A DNA stretch of 64,000 nt from an uncultured virus (IMG/VR IMGVR_UViG_3300042731_008559) (taxonomy: Duplodnaviria; Heunggongvirae; Uroviricota; Caudoviricetes), in the IMG/VR virus record IMGVR_UViG_3300042731_008559; one strand, given 5' to 3'. Positions 1-8,637 of this stretch are shown piece by piece (within the stretch, counting starts at the first letter, position 1; every line of letters begins with the position of its first letter). Made by a program: the position numbers and the translations under genes. The notes beneath the pieces were generated by a model. It saw only the letters and a program-made list of their open reading frames with translations. It ran no database searches and was not told the origin of the DNA.

Positions 1-287
1 GAACGCGCATTCTTACTGGTCTCTGGTGTGGCTTCCTTGCTTCTATTGGCTACCAGCTCATCCGTCGCATATTGGAGCGTCAGGGGGTGGTGCTACCCGA
101 AGACCCAAGCAAACTTGTTCCAAGTATTACGCCAACGCCGCCTCCTGCTCCCGTCGAAGACGATGATGTCGATGGTGATGAGGTGTCGTCAGATGATCGT
201 GTTACTCCAAAGGAGACGCCGATTCCCAAGAGCGACGAGGACGAGAAGGAGAAGGACAAGGGCAAAGACGGTGATGACGAAGACTGA
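1..287 (+). CDS. Partial (5'-truncated) membrane protein, holin-like, with acidic/charged C-terminal tail
   Basis: Frame of ORF 72..287 is open back to the window start: TRILTGLWCGFLASIGYQLIRRILERQG, a TM helix followed by basic residues, then a D/E/K-rich tail; its stop overlaps the next ATG. Confidence 0.45.
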   Translation, partial: TRILTGLWCGFLASIGYQLIRRILERQGVVLPEDPSKLVPSITPTPPPAPVEDDDVDGDEVSSDDRVTPKETPIPKSDEDEKEKDKGKDGDDED

Positions 288-763
288 TGCTGCGCCCTCC
301 TACTCGCTTGACACTCGATCCCAAGATAGCATATGTTATCCCGGAGGGTTTGATGCCATCCGAACAGAACACGATTGGCAAGGATATTCCCTTTGAGCTG
401 CCCTGGTGGACGAAGGCGTGGAACTGGTTCCGAAAATGGGGCTGGATACCGGCTGGCTTTGTCATCCTGGTTCTCGGGTTTGTTCTCGGGGGAGTACTCT
501 TTCGTCGTCGTGACGGAAAAGTCATCACGCCGCTTGACGACATTCGAGAGGCTGTAAGGCAACACGATGAAGAGGTTGATGCTGAGATTGAAGCAGCCCG
601 CCAAGCTCACGTCGACGAGGTCATCCGCATCGAGCGTGAGCATCAAGAGCAACTCGACAAGCTTACAGAGGACCAGGAGCGAAGACGCCAGGAGTATCGG
701 AAGAATCCGAAGAGGCTGGCTCGTTGGTTGACCGGGCTCGCGAGGGGCGAAGATGATGGCTAG
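287..763 (+). CDS. Membrane-anchored coiled-coil protein (possible i-spanin-like lysis accessory)
   Basis: TM WIPAGFVILVLGFVLGGVLF followed by RRR, then an E/Q/R-rich heptad region; follows the holin-like gene. Confidence 0.5.
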   Translation: MLRPPTRLTLDPKIAYVIPEGLMPSEQNTIGKDIPFELPWWTKAWNWFRKWGWIPAGFVILVLGFVLGGVLFRRRDGKVITPLDDIREAVRQHDEEVDAEIEAARQAHVDEVIRIEREHQEQLDKLTEDQERRRQEYRKNPKRLARWLTGLARGEDDG

Positions 764-1160
764 AGAGGAAGGGGTTCCCACGCAGTCGGGACTCCCAGGG
801 TTGCCCCCCGAGGAGCAGCTTAAGCACAGCATGGAGGCGGTGCAGCGGATTGCGAAGCGGCCCAATAATCCTCCTGTGACCTTGAGGCCACCCGACAAGC
901 TGGAGCCGGAGACGCTGGTTCTTGCTGACTTTTCGGCGATGGATCGAGCGTGCCTTCCTATTAAGACCACTCAGGTGTGCATGGCCCTTGCCGCAACCCT
1001 TGCTCGTCGGGTTCAGGGCGCTGGTATCGGCGGACAGGTCCAGGAGATGATCCTCGTCAGGCCCGACGGGCGGTTGGTTGGTCTTGCTGATTCTTCCAAC
1101 GGTGAACGCATCGCTCTCGAAGAATTCTGGGAAATTCCAGAACAAGCCAAGAGATCGTAA
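753..1160 (+). CDS. Hypothetical protein
   Basis: 135-aa ORF overlapping the upstream stop; no recognised motif. Confidence 0.65.
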   Translation: MMAREEGVPTQSGLPGLPPEEQLKHSMEAVQRIAKRPNNPPVTLRPPDKLEPETLVLADFSAMDRACLPIKTTQVCMALAATLARRVQGAGIGGQVQEMILVRPDGRLVGLADSSNGERIALEEFWEIPEQAKRS

Positions 1161-1170
1161 CCTAGCGTGA

Positions 1171-1192
1171 GACCTAAGGAATGTGCTATGAT
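1171..1192 (+). promoter_or_regulatory. Putative extended -10 promoter (TG-C-TATGAT) preceded by a CCTAAGGA box
   Basis: Intergenic gacctaaggaatgtgctatgat; TATGAT at 1187-1192 with TG at 1184-1185. Confidence 0.45.
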
Positions 1193-1270
1193 GCCGGTGC
1201 AGGCCACCTGTTGCCACCGCCGGCCCAGGTCTATCAGGTGGCTCATCCTCCTTCCTCGTCAGAGGATGTA

Positions 1271-2425
1271 ATGACATACGCGGTCAATTTGCCCTATAGC
1301 GTCACGCGACGACCCAATGGCCCCTCGATGTACTACCCCTGCCCGAGCGCGATTCAGCCGGTTCAGGACCAGCAGGGGGCTGGCTACTTCATCGACGCGG
1401 CTGGTGTCCGTGTCTCGACAGGAAGCGCCCCGCTCGACTTCATCATCAAGTGGGGATTCTGGGTGGGCATGGCGGCGATCCTCTACAAGAGCTATCGCGT
1501 GCTTCGATACGATGAGCCGTTTTTCTTGGGGGCGCCCCGGACTCCAGCGGCTTGGGAAGTGAATCCAGCACGGACTGAGGAGCAAGAGGAGCTGAGGGGA
1601 GTTCTTCTTGAAGCATATGAACCAGGGATGAGCATTAATAGGCTTGCTGCGTCCTTGGGCATCCCGAGGGCAACGGTAACAAAATGGCTAAAAGAGGCAG
1701 GTGTTTATGTCCCGCGAGGGGTGTCGCCCGAGCTAGAAGAAAAGCGACGACTTCTCATCTCTCTCTACGAGCCAGAGATGAGCATCAGGGCTTTGGCTAA
1801 GGATGTTGGGGTGAATGAGGCAACGGCCAAGAAATGGCTCAAAGAGGAGGGGATTTATGTCCCGAGAAAAGGGAGAAGGACAAAGAGGAGCCTGCCGAAG
1901 TATTCCGAGTATGAGTCGCTGAAGCAAGAGCTTTTTCGCAGGTACACTCCTGGGGCAAGCGTCAGAAAGCTAGCGCGTGATCTGGGGATTGAACCAGTTA
2001 CAGCGCTTCGATGGTTACAGGAGACCGAATTCTATCAACCGCCAGATCCGTCGACGCGGGTATTGTCAGAGGGGCTGCAAGAGAAGCGGCGCCTGCTCAT
2101 TTCTCTCTACGAGCCAGAGATGAGCATCAGGGCTTTGGCTAAGGATGTTGGGGTGAATGAGGCAACGGCCAAGAAATGGCTGGTGCAAGAGGGCATCTAT
2201 GTTCCGCGAAGGGGTAGATACCCGAAGAAACGATCCAGGAATCCAGAGGGGGAAGAAATGCTGCGAGTGTGCGCTTGGTGCAAGCGCGTGTGGCGCGATG
2301 GCCGGTGGCAGTACGGATTCATTCCTGAGACAGTGCAGCAGACGCACGGGATCTGCGAAGATTGCGAAAGAGTTGTTTATAGCGCAATAGACGAGGACGA
2401 GACTGATGAAAGGGCGCGTCGATGA
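1271..2425 (+). CDS. Membrane-linked protein with four tandem HTH domains and a C-terminal CAWC...THGICxxC zinc-binding domain
   Basis: Start MTYAVN after GAGGA; TM FIIKWGFWVGMAAILY; four repeats like YEPEMSIRALAKDVGVNEATAKKWL; CAWCKR and THGICEDC. Confidence 0.75.
   Translation: MTYAVNLPYSVTRRPNGPSMYYPCPSAIQPVQDQQGAGYFIDAAGVRVSTGSAPLDFIIKWGFWVGMAAILYKSYRVLRYDEPFFLGAPRTPAAWEVNPARTEEQEELRGVLLEAYEPGMSINRLAASLGIPRATVTKWLKEAGVYVPRGVSPELEEKRRLLISLYEPEMSIRALAKDVGVNEATAKKWLKEEGIYVPRKGRRTKRSLPKYSEYESLKQELFRRYTPGASVRKLARDLGIEPVTALRWLQETEFYQPPDPSTRVLSEGLQEKRRLLISLYEPEMSIRALAKDVGVNEATAKKWLVQEGIYVPRRGRYPKKRSRNPEGEEMLRVCAWCKRVWRDGRWQYGFIPETVQQTHGICEDCERVVYSAIDEDETDERARR
1760..2181 (+). repeat. Exact 80-bp direct repeat (1760-1839 and 2102-2181) encoding HTH copies 2 and 4
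   Basis: tctctctacgagccagag...gccaagaaatggct is identical in both copies, offset 342 bp. Confidence 0.95.
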
Positions 2426-2781
2426 GCTACGAACGGCAGATGAAGCTGAACAAGATGGCTCGTGAGCTGAACGTCGCCGCTCGGCACGTGGCTCATGGTG
2501 TCGGCGCTGGCAACAAGGCCATCGAGACCGCGGAGACCATCAGCCCTGCGCTCGCAGAGCAGACGAAAAGGTTTTTCGTTGAAAACCTCGGATTGCGCCG
2601 CGATGTCATGGCCATCGGGAGCTATATCGGTCAGGTGATGTGGCCCCAGTTCGACGAGGAGATGGATGATGCGGTGCAGTACGGATACGAAGACGCTTCG
2701 AGGTATCCTGGCGGTGGCGACGCTGCTGGTCCTCCTCCTGTGGGGCTCTCAGGCGTGGTGCGAAGACGCGGAGTCGGGTGA
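2422..2781 (+). CDS. Hypothetical protein
   Basis: ATGA coupling to the previous gene; begins MSYE; C-terminal part overlaps the next ORF. Confidence 0.6.
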   Translation: MSYERQMKLNKMARELNVAARHVAHGVGAGNKAIETAETISPALAEQTKRFFVENLGLRRDVMAIGSYIGQVMWPQFDEEMDDAVQYGYEDASRYPGGGDAAGPPPVGLSGVVRRRGVG

Positions 2782-3166
2782 GTCTGACGAGACGTCCCTG
2801 GATGGGGCGATATCGATCTCTGCAGGCGAAGAAGCTCCCTTCGACGGAATACTCTTTCCAATCGAGCTGGCGATCCAGATGGGCTTTCGCATCGAGACGC
2901 TTCAGACCAGGCTGCGTCTCGATGTCGAGCGGGAGCAGCGTTTGTGTCGTGCTCAGATTCATTTCGAGACCAGGCGCCGTGAGCTGGAAGAAGAGCGGCG
3001 CGACTTTCAGATCAACCTCCTCGAAGAGCGGGTGCGTGAGCAGGCCGAGGAGCTGGCGAGGCCGACGCCTTGGTATAGACGGTGGGGCTTTGCCTATGGG
3101 ATGGGGATACTCACGAGCGTGATACTCGTCGCTGGCGGGGTGGTAGCGCTTGTTTCGGTGATGTGA
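2666..3166 (+). CDS. Signal-peptide / coiled-coil / C-terminal TM protein (possible lysis accessory, spanin-like topology)
   Basis: N-terminal hydrophobic GILAVATLLVLLLWGSQAWC, APFDGILF segment, coiled coil, PWYRRW followed by a C-terminal TM. Confidence 0.6.
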   Translation: MMRCSTDTKTLRGILAVATLLVLLLWGSQAWCEDAESGESDETSLDGAISISAGEEAPFDGILFPIELAIQMGFRIETLQTRLRLDVEREQRLCRAQIHFETRRRELEEERRDFQINLLEERVREQAEELARPTPWYRRWGFAYGMGILTSVILVAGGVVALVSVM

Positions 3167-3173
3167 GGTTGTC

Positions 3174-3848
3174 ATGAGCTACGAATACTCTCCTGGCTTT
3201 GCAGGGCTTTTTGATCGTTTCAGAAGGGGAAAGCGTCGTCTGAGAACAGGCGCCGGTATCCCCAACCGCAGCGAGGGTCGTCACCTGGACATTCAGGGTA
3301 CCGTGACGACGATAAGGGGAACGCCGGTCACGGGCAGGATTTACGTCCTGAGCGCTGGAAGGAGAATCGCGTTCGTTACAATTATCAGTGGGCGCTACAC
3401 CATCTACGATCTTGGTCCGGGCTCTTACCAGCTCGTGCCTGAGGCGACCGGCGTCGATTCGACGCCTCGCAACGTCACCGTCGGGCTCAGCCCCATTACC
3501 GTAAACTTTGTTTCTAGTGATACGGGTGCCGCCACGGAGGGCGGATGGACACCTACAGTCATGACAATGGTGCCGCTTTCTGATGCACCTGATTTGACCA
3601 GCGGAAGTCGCATGGTCATACAGGGAACAGCGACGACGACGCGTGGAACACCTGCTCCTGGAAGGATCGATGTCTATCAGGGGGGTCGCAGGATGGGATA
3701 TACCAACGCCGTCAGTGGTAGATATACGGTCTACGATCTTCCGAGGGGCGACTACAGGATGGTTTTCAGACCGACATCAGGAGGAGAGTCCAGTCGTAAT
3801 GTGACCGTGGGACACAGCGCAATCACCGTGAATTTTGTGGTGAGTTAG
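3174..3848 (+). CDS. Protein with two tandem beta-sandwich repeats (carboxypeptidase-regulatory/transthyretin-like); YEY-leader family
   Basis: MSYEYSPGFAG start; two ~76-aa repeats IQGT.TT.RGTP..GRI.V...GRYT.YDL..G.Y...RNVTVG.S.ITVNFV. Confidence 0.75.
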   Translation: MSYEYSPGFAGLFDRFRRGKRRLRTGAGIPNRSEGRHLDIQGTVTTIRGTPVTGRIYVLSAGRRIAFVTIISGRYTIYDLGPGSYQLVPEATGVDSTPRNVTVGLSPITVNFVSSDTGAATEGGWTPTVMTMVPLSDAPDLTSGSRMVIQGTATTTRGTPAPGRIDVYQGGRRMGYTNAVSGRYTVYDLPRGDYRMVFRPTSGGESSRNVTVGHSAITVNFVVS

Positions 3849-3850
3849 CA

Positions 3851-4756
3851 ATGGACAAGCGCACCTGGCTGTCGGTCGATTGGGACTTCTTCGTAAGAAG
3901 CCTTGGAATGTGGGATTGGTCGCACAAGGAGGCGCCTTTTTTTATGGGCGGCTTCATGTGGGAAACCAGGCTCTCGCCCTTTCTGATGCAGGGCTACGAT
4001 CTCGTCGGAGAAATGGACCCACAGAAGTGGTCAAGGCCTCGTCCTCAGGATTTCTGGAACGTTCTTGCCGAGGCAGGCTATGGCTTTGATGACCTGGACT
4101 TTTTCGTCGTTGCAGACTCCCATGCAGCGGCTGGTCCGGTGTTTAGTGAGGTGGCCGATCGTCTTGGCGGTCCCGCTGATGTGCTTGTCAACTTCGACGC
4201 TCACCACGATCTTGGGTACTGCGAGTGGGAGCGCATCGAGATGATGATCGAAAAAGGGGAGTGCACCTGCGACATGTGGCTCGGTGCTTTGATGATGTGG
4301 ATGCCTGAGCTTGAGTCTCGTGTCGTCTACCCGAACTGGATGAAAGAGGAGAGCGACCTTGAAGCTCAGTGGAGGCACATTCGTGAACATGTTCCAAAGA
4401 GTGTTTCTGATCGAATCGAGCTTGGCTGGTTCTGGGACAACGGTCAGGTGAGCAACACCGTCATCGAGCCAGATGAGTATCTGAATGTCGAAGCTCTTTT
4501 CGTTTGTCGGTCATCTGCCTGGACGCCTCCGTGGCTCGATCAGCCGTTTCTTCAGTTTTTGGACGGCTTTGAAGAGCACTCCTACGTTGAACCCTTCAGC
4601 CACGACGCTGCCTATGACCGTCCTGTAGACGCCCTGAAGCCCCGTGAAGACTTCTCCATGAAACGGGCCAAAAAGATGGCTGAAACCATGAATCTGATGA
4701 GAGAAGGAAAGATTCCAGCCGGCATTACTTTCCATCCTGAAGATGAAGAAGATTAG
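3851..4756 (+). CDS. UPF0489 / arginase-deacetylase-like metallohydrolase
   Basis: Motifs LSVDWDFF, DSH, NFDAHHD and CRSSAWTPPWLD. Confidence 0.7.
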   Translation: MDKRTWLSVDWDFFVRSLGMWDWSHKEAPFFMGGFMWETRLSPFLMQGYDLVGEMDPQKWSRPRPQDFWNVLAEAGYGFDDLDFFVVADSHAAAGPVFSEVADRLGGPADVLVNFDAHHDLGYCEWERIEMMIEKGECTCDMWLGALMMWMPELESRVVYPNWMKEESDLEAQWRHIREHVPKSVSDRIELGWFWDNGQVSNTVIEPDEYLNVEALFVCRSSAWTPPWLDQPFLQFLDGFEEHSYVEPFSHDAAYDRPVDALKPREDFSMKRAKKMAETMNLMREGKIPAGITFHPEDEED

Positions 4757-4759
4757 ACT

Positions 4760-4791
4760 TTCTTGACATGACATAGCATGTGCTATACCAT
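4760..4791 (+). promoter_or_regulatory. Sigma70-type promoter with a palindromic operator in the spacer (copy 1)
   Basis: TTGACA 4763-4768, 17 bp, TACCAT 4786-4791; ATAGCATGTGCTAT at 4773-4786; near-identical to 8574-8603. Confidence 0.75.
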
Positions 4792-4811
4792 CCAAGCGAA
4801 ATGGGTGTAGC

Positions 4812-5228
4812 ATGTGCGATAGCGCAGACTTGAAAGAGCGACTGCTGGAACGGTACATCGGCCGAGAGATATCGGTGCATCTCCAGCGGAATGGAACCGA
4901 CGTCGTCCACACAGGCATCCTGCAACGTCCCGAAGAAGATATGGGAGGCATCCCCGGCACTTGGATCATCAGGACGCCGAGGACAGCTACTCATAATCAC
5001 GCTGGCCAAGTCGTCGTCATCCCGGAGACGGTCGTCGTCTTCACCATCGAAGACTTCTGGTATCCGCTAATCGCCGTGGAGACGGTGGCAGAGGCCACAG
5101 AGAAGATAAGACAAGAGCAGGCGGCGATGAACGCGCACAAGGAGGAGGGCGACGACGATCAGGGGTCGGCCATCTGGACGCCTGGCCAAGGAAACCGCGG
5201 GGGAAGCACCGGAGGCACGCTCCAATGA
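4812..5228 (+). CDS. Hypothetical protein
   Basis: 138-aa ORF directly after the promoter, coupled to the HTH gene. Confidence 0.7.
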   Translation: MCDSADLKERLLERYIGREISVHLQRNGTDVVHTGILQRPEEDMGGIPGTWIIRTPRTATHNHAGQVVVIPETVVVFTIEDFWYPLIAVETVAEATEKIRQEQAAMNAHKEEGDDDQGSAIWTPGQGNRGGSTGGTLQ

Positions 5229-5413
5229 GTGGTAACGGAAGAGAATGGACACCTGACGAAATTAAGTCGCTGCGAAAGCGTCTTGGTCTTACTCAGAAAC
5301 AGTTCGCTGCCGAGGTAGGCGTTCATGTCGTCACCGTCATCAGGTGGGAGAAGGGGGGCTTCAACCCCTCTGGATTAGCGCTGGAGAAGCTGCAACAGCT
5401 TGCTGCCCAGTGA
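5225..5413 (+). CDS. XRE/Cro-family HTH transcriptional regulator
   Basis: IKSLRKRLGLTQKQFAAEVGVHVVTVIRWEKG..P. Confidence 0.9.
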   Translation: MSGNGREWTPDEIKSLRKRLGLTQKQFAAEVGVHVVTVIRWEKGGFNPSGLALEKLQQLAAQ

Positions 5414-5865
5414 TACATGTAGCTGATCCTCGGCTGGTTCGGCTTATCGCTCTCAAAAAGAAGACGACTCATCGGTTTCCAGCCCGGTACAAAAAGGACA
5501 GCGACGAGGTTACGCACCCTAAGATCACCGCGGGGAAGCTGCACCGTGTCTATACGCGTGCGCCCTTTGGTAGGGACGGGGATCCGAATGCGCAGCCTCT
5601 TGTTGAGGTGCTGGTCAGCTCTGTCGAGCTGGAGCCATTGGGCGATATGAACGACACAGAGGCGGTTCGAGAGGGTTTTGCATCGCTCGATGTTTTTATC
5701 GCCTACTGGAATCGTGTCTGGTTTAATCGGGCTCTAAAATTCGAGAACAATCAGTATCACCCTGTATGGGTGATCTCCTTTGAGCTGAAAAAAATACTAC
5801 CTGCTGGTGAGAAGTTGATAAATCGGATAGAGTCAAAGATGAGATCTGTTGTAAAAACAAGGTGA
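5410..5865 (+). CDS. ASCH/PUA-like domain protein
   Basis: GTG start overlapping the XRE stop; KKKTTHR and VELEPLGDMNDTEAVREGF.SLDVFIAYW...VWVISF motifs. Confidence 0.75.
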   Translation: MIHVADPRLVRLIALKKKTTHRFPARYKKDSDEVTHPKITAGKLHRVYTRAPFGRDGDPNAQPLVEVLVSSVELEPLGDMNDTEAVREGFASLDVFIAYWNRVWFNRALKFENNQYHPVWVISFELKKILPAGEKLINRIESKMRSVVKTR

Positions 5866-5929
5866 TAGGGTCAAGAATTCCCATCGAATCCAGCGGTGTT
5901 TTTTCAAAAAATCCGAACAACCTGGCCTG

Positions 5930-5940
5930 TGTGGTATTAT
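5930..5940 (+). promoter_or_regulatory. Putative extended -10 promoter upstream of the SLT-like gene
   Basis: TG-G-TATTAT in an AT-rich intergenic region; strong SD AAAGGAGGT before ATG 6007. Confidence 0.4.
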
Positions 5941-6006
5941 TCCGTGCTTGACGGATGGCCGGCCGGCGCATATTTGTGTCGGCCGACTTTGTAAAGGAGG
6001 TGGGTC

Positions 6007-6996
6007 ATGCAAATGATCCGGAGGTGGGTAGTCGTGGTGTCGTGTGTCATAGCAGCCCTGGCGCTGCTGGTTTTGACCCGGTGCTCGGAGCCACCGCAGG
6101 AATTGGACGGGGAGCCGGTTGAGGTTGAATCGGAGCCGCTGACTGAGGCGGAAGAGGAAGAGTCCCAAGAACCCGATGAGGAGCCGGTGACATCTCGTGA
6201 CGTGAGAGAGGAGATCCTTGACGGTTTCAGAGACACTTGGTCTGAGAGAATGACAAAGCGAGCGAAGGCTCAGTCTATAGACGTCTCTCTCCAAATCTTC
6301 AGGCTTGGTCAAGAAAAGGGGGTTGATCCTATCCTCTTGGCAGACGAATACGTCGATCTTCTGCACACCACTCTGGACATGCAGCCTGCATTCGAAAAGG
6401 GATGGGACGGCGGCATTCAGCGGGCGATGCTCATTGCGATTGATCTCTACAGAGGAGCACACGAGGCACAGGAGCAATCGTGCCATGATATCGACGAGAG
6501 ATTCTCCGAGGACGTCGCGAGCAACAACGTACCCCATGTGAGTCCTTACCATCTTCTCTCAATGGGCTACAGAGAGTCCAGGCTTGCCAGGCGCATTGAG
6601 CTTGGAAAGAAGCTTGGGGGGCGGGGTGAGAGGGGGATGTTCCAGTTCCTACCTCAGTCCAACGGAAAGCGCGGGTGGATTGAGGGCCGCTTCATGCCGA
6701 GGTTCAAGAATAATCAGACCAGGGAGCGCTGCAGCCCCTTCGATCGCCTGTGTGCTACAAGGGGAGCTGCCAACGCATTGGCATGGATACGCTGTCGGTG
6801 CATCGAGCTTTACGATGACCGCTGCACCACCGATGTGTTCATGGCGGGCTACGGAATGAACCGGATGCCCACACCGGAGGAAGCACGCCATCACAGGGGG
6901 CCAGTCAATGCACGTCGCTTTCTTTGCGCTGTCAGGGATGACTGTGACGAGCTTTGGCCAAGAGACCATGACGATGACTTCGCCTTGAGTCTCTGA
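6007..6996 (+). CDS. N-terminally anchored lytic transglycosylase (SLT/lysozyme-like), Cys-rich; possible endolysin or entry muramidase
   Basis: N-terminal TM, acidic linker, catalytic YRES motif, GERGMFQF (GxMQ-like) and MAGYG (AxY-like). Confidence 0.65.
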   Translation: MQMIRRWVVVVSCVIAALALLVLTRCSEPPQELDGEPVEVESEPLTEAEEEESQEPDEEPVTSRDVREEILDGFRDTWSERMTKRAKAQSIDVSLQIFRLGQEKGVDPILLADEYVDLLHTTLDMQPAFEKGWDGGIQRAMLIAIDLYRGAHEAQEQSCHDIDERFSEDVASNNVPHVSPYHLLSMGYRESRLARRIELGKKLGGRGERGMFQFLPQSNGKRGWIEGRFMPRFKNNQTRERCSPFDRLCATRGAANALAWIRCRCIELYDDRCTTDVFMAGYGMNRMPTPEEARHHRGPVNARRFLCAVRDDCDELWPRDHDDDFALSL

Positions 6997-7131
6997 GCGA
7001 TACGCCCTGAAAATCCCAGCCATTCCGTGCTCGTAGAGCGCGAGTTTCTTCTTGACAAAATATAGTTCTTGAAGTTTGCGCGTTACTCGTTCATTCTTGA
7101 ATGGTATTCACGACTTACGACATTGATTGTC

Positions 7132-7144
7132 CATCCTGAGGATG
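7132..7144. promoter_or_regulatory. Palindromic operator-like site CATCCT-G-AGGATG
   Basis: Perfect inverted repeat in a 185-bp intergenic gap; variants at 23577, 23972 and 40692; TTGACA also at 7052. Confidence 0.5.
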
Positions 7145-7181
7145 AACGATTGGGGAAGAGGGCGCTGGAAGGGGTCATCCC

Positions 7182-7478
7182 GTGAGTGAAATATCGGACG
7201 CAGTGCTCGACGAGGTTTGGTTCTGGGATGGTGATTTTGGTCACCTTCTCGGGTGCGTGGAGGGCCAGGAAGAGAAGTGGCTCTGCGAGAAGGGAGTCCT
7301 CAAGAAGGAGGACGAAGAGCTGCCAGGCGTCAAGGAGCTTCTCGAAGGCGATGTTGTTTTTCGAGTGCGGACAGTGCATGCTTTAGAGCGTGCCGAAGAC
7401 CCACGAGAAAAACTGTTTCAATGGTTCTCGGTCAACCCACTGACGGGCGTGCTAACACCACGGCCGGAATGGGGGTAG
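7182..7478 (+). CDS. Hypothetical acidic protein
   Basis: 98-aa ORF with GTG start at the head of a gene run. Confidence 0.6.
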   Translation: MSEISDAVLDEVWFWDGDFGHLLGCVEGQEEKWLCEKGVLKKEDEELPGVKELLEGDVVFRVRTVHALERAEDPREKLFQWFSVNPLTGVLTPRPEWG

Positions 7479-7481
7479 ACG

Positions 7482-7886
7482 ATGGCTAATAAGGTGAGTC
7501 GATCAGATCGAACGATTGTTTACGCGCTCATTCAGCAAGCTATCGATGACGCGCGTCTTCATATCCAGACTGCAACCAGCCTCATTGATGAGCCGGATAC
7601 CCTCGAAAGCGCCATTCATCGTAACAAACGTGCAGTAGACGCGATCGAGGAGTCGGAGAAAGCCATACAGGAAGCCGACGACGAAGGGCTCATCACCAAG
7701 AAAAAGAAAACGACGTTCGAGAAAGAGCTGGCTCAGGTGCGTCAGCTACTGTGGCGCCTGTCGTGCCGTATCAATAAGGCAGCAAAAAAGGTGCATCCGC
7801 TCCGCGTGCAATCACGCGATCTCAGACGCAAATTCCTTGCATACAGCTATGAGCCGAAGGAGAATGCTGAAGCAGTGGGAGGCTGA
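7482..7886 (+). CDS. Hypothetical helical protein
   Basis: 134-aa ORF tightly packed with neighbours. Confidence 0.7.
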   Translation: MANKVSRSDRTIVYALIQQAIDDARLHIQTATSLIDEPDTLESAIHRNKRAVDAIEESEKAIQEADDEGLITKKKKTTFEKELAQVRQLLWRLSCRINKAAKKVHPLRVQSRDLRRKFLAYSYEPKENAEAVGG

Positions 7887-7889
7887 GAC

Positions 7890-8561
7890 GTGTCGTTGAA
7901 AAGAACCCTCGCTCAGGTGCCCAAGGTCGTGATGTCTCCCATCGGAATCGCGGCTCTTGCCGGTGCCGGAGTCATCGGGTATGTCTTCTGGAGAATGGCA
8001 CAGGGTGGGGTCCGCCTCCCCCGACGCAATCCTGGCCCAGGTCGAACCGCCGTCATCGGAGATTCCATCGTCGCCCATCAGTACGGTTTTGTTCGCTACC
8101 TCGATCAGAACATTCCAGGGCGATCCTTCACTAACTTTGGCATTGTAGGGCAGGGTACGGCGGCGATCCGTAATGATCTACAGACCCGAGTCATCGGACA
8201 GGGTTTCGATGAGGTCATCATCGAGGGTGGGCTAAATGACGCCGGCCGACCGAATGCGCTCGACTACATCATCGGTAACCTCCGAGCGATGGTTCAGGAG
8301 GCGAAGGCAGCGGGGCTCAAGGTGGTTCTCGTCACCATGACGCCCTACTACGCGAACAAGTCCTTTGTTGCCCAGGGGAACGCTATCATTCTTCGTGATG
8401 GTCGAAGCTGGGGCGCTGACGTTGTCGTGGATACTCACTCAGCGGTTCGCGATTTCAACGACGATCTTCGCTCCGACCTTGCTGCTCCAGATCGGCTGCA
8501 CCTCAATAGGACTGGCCAGGAAGTAATCGGCCAGGCGATCATGTCGCAGGCATACGCCTGA
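7890..8561 (+). CDS. Membrane-anchored SGNH/GDSL hydrolase (esterase/O-deacetylase)
   Basis: TM IGIAALAGAGVIGYVFW, RRNP linker, blocks GDS, G, GLND and DRLH. Confidence 0.9.
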   Translation: MSLKRTLAQVPKVVMSPIGIAALAGAGVIGYVFWRMAQGGVRLPRRNPGPGRTAVIGDSIVAHQYGFVRYLDQNIPGRSFTNFGIVGQGTAAIRNDLQTRVIGQGFDEVIIEGGLNDAGRPNALDYIIGNLRAMVQEAKAAGLKVVLVTMTPYYANKSFVAQGNAIILRDGRSWGADVVVDTHSAVRDFNDDLRSDLAAPDRLHLNRTGQEVIGQAIMSQAYA

Positions 8562-8573
8562 TTCTTCACATCG

Positions 8574-8603
8574 TTCTTGACGTAACATAGCATATGCTAT
8601 AAC
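8574..8603 (+). promoter_or_regulatory. Sigma70-type promoter with a perfect palindromic operator (copy 2)
   Basis: TTCTTGACGTAACATAGCATATGCTATAAC; ATAGCATATGCTAT at 8587-8600. Confidence 0.75.
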
Positions 8604-8637
8604 GTCGTTCGCATGCGTTATAGGGAGGATGGTCAGC

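Noticed and set aside
1271..2425. Transposase or IS element suggested by the HTH repeats
   Set aside because: No DDE/HUH catalytic domain, terminal inverted repeats or target duplications
7049..7080. Complete sigma70 promoter at TTGACA 7052
   Set aside because: Perfect -35, but no convincing -10 at 16-18 bp spacing; TATAGT is only 3 bp downstream
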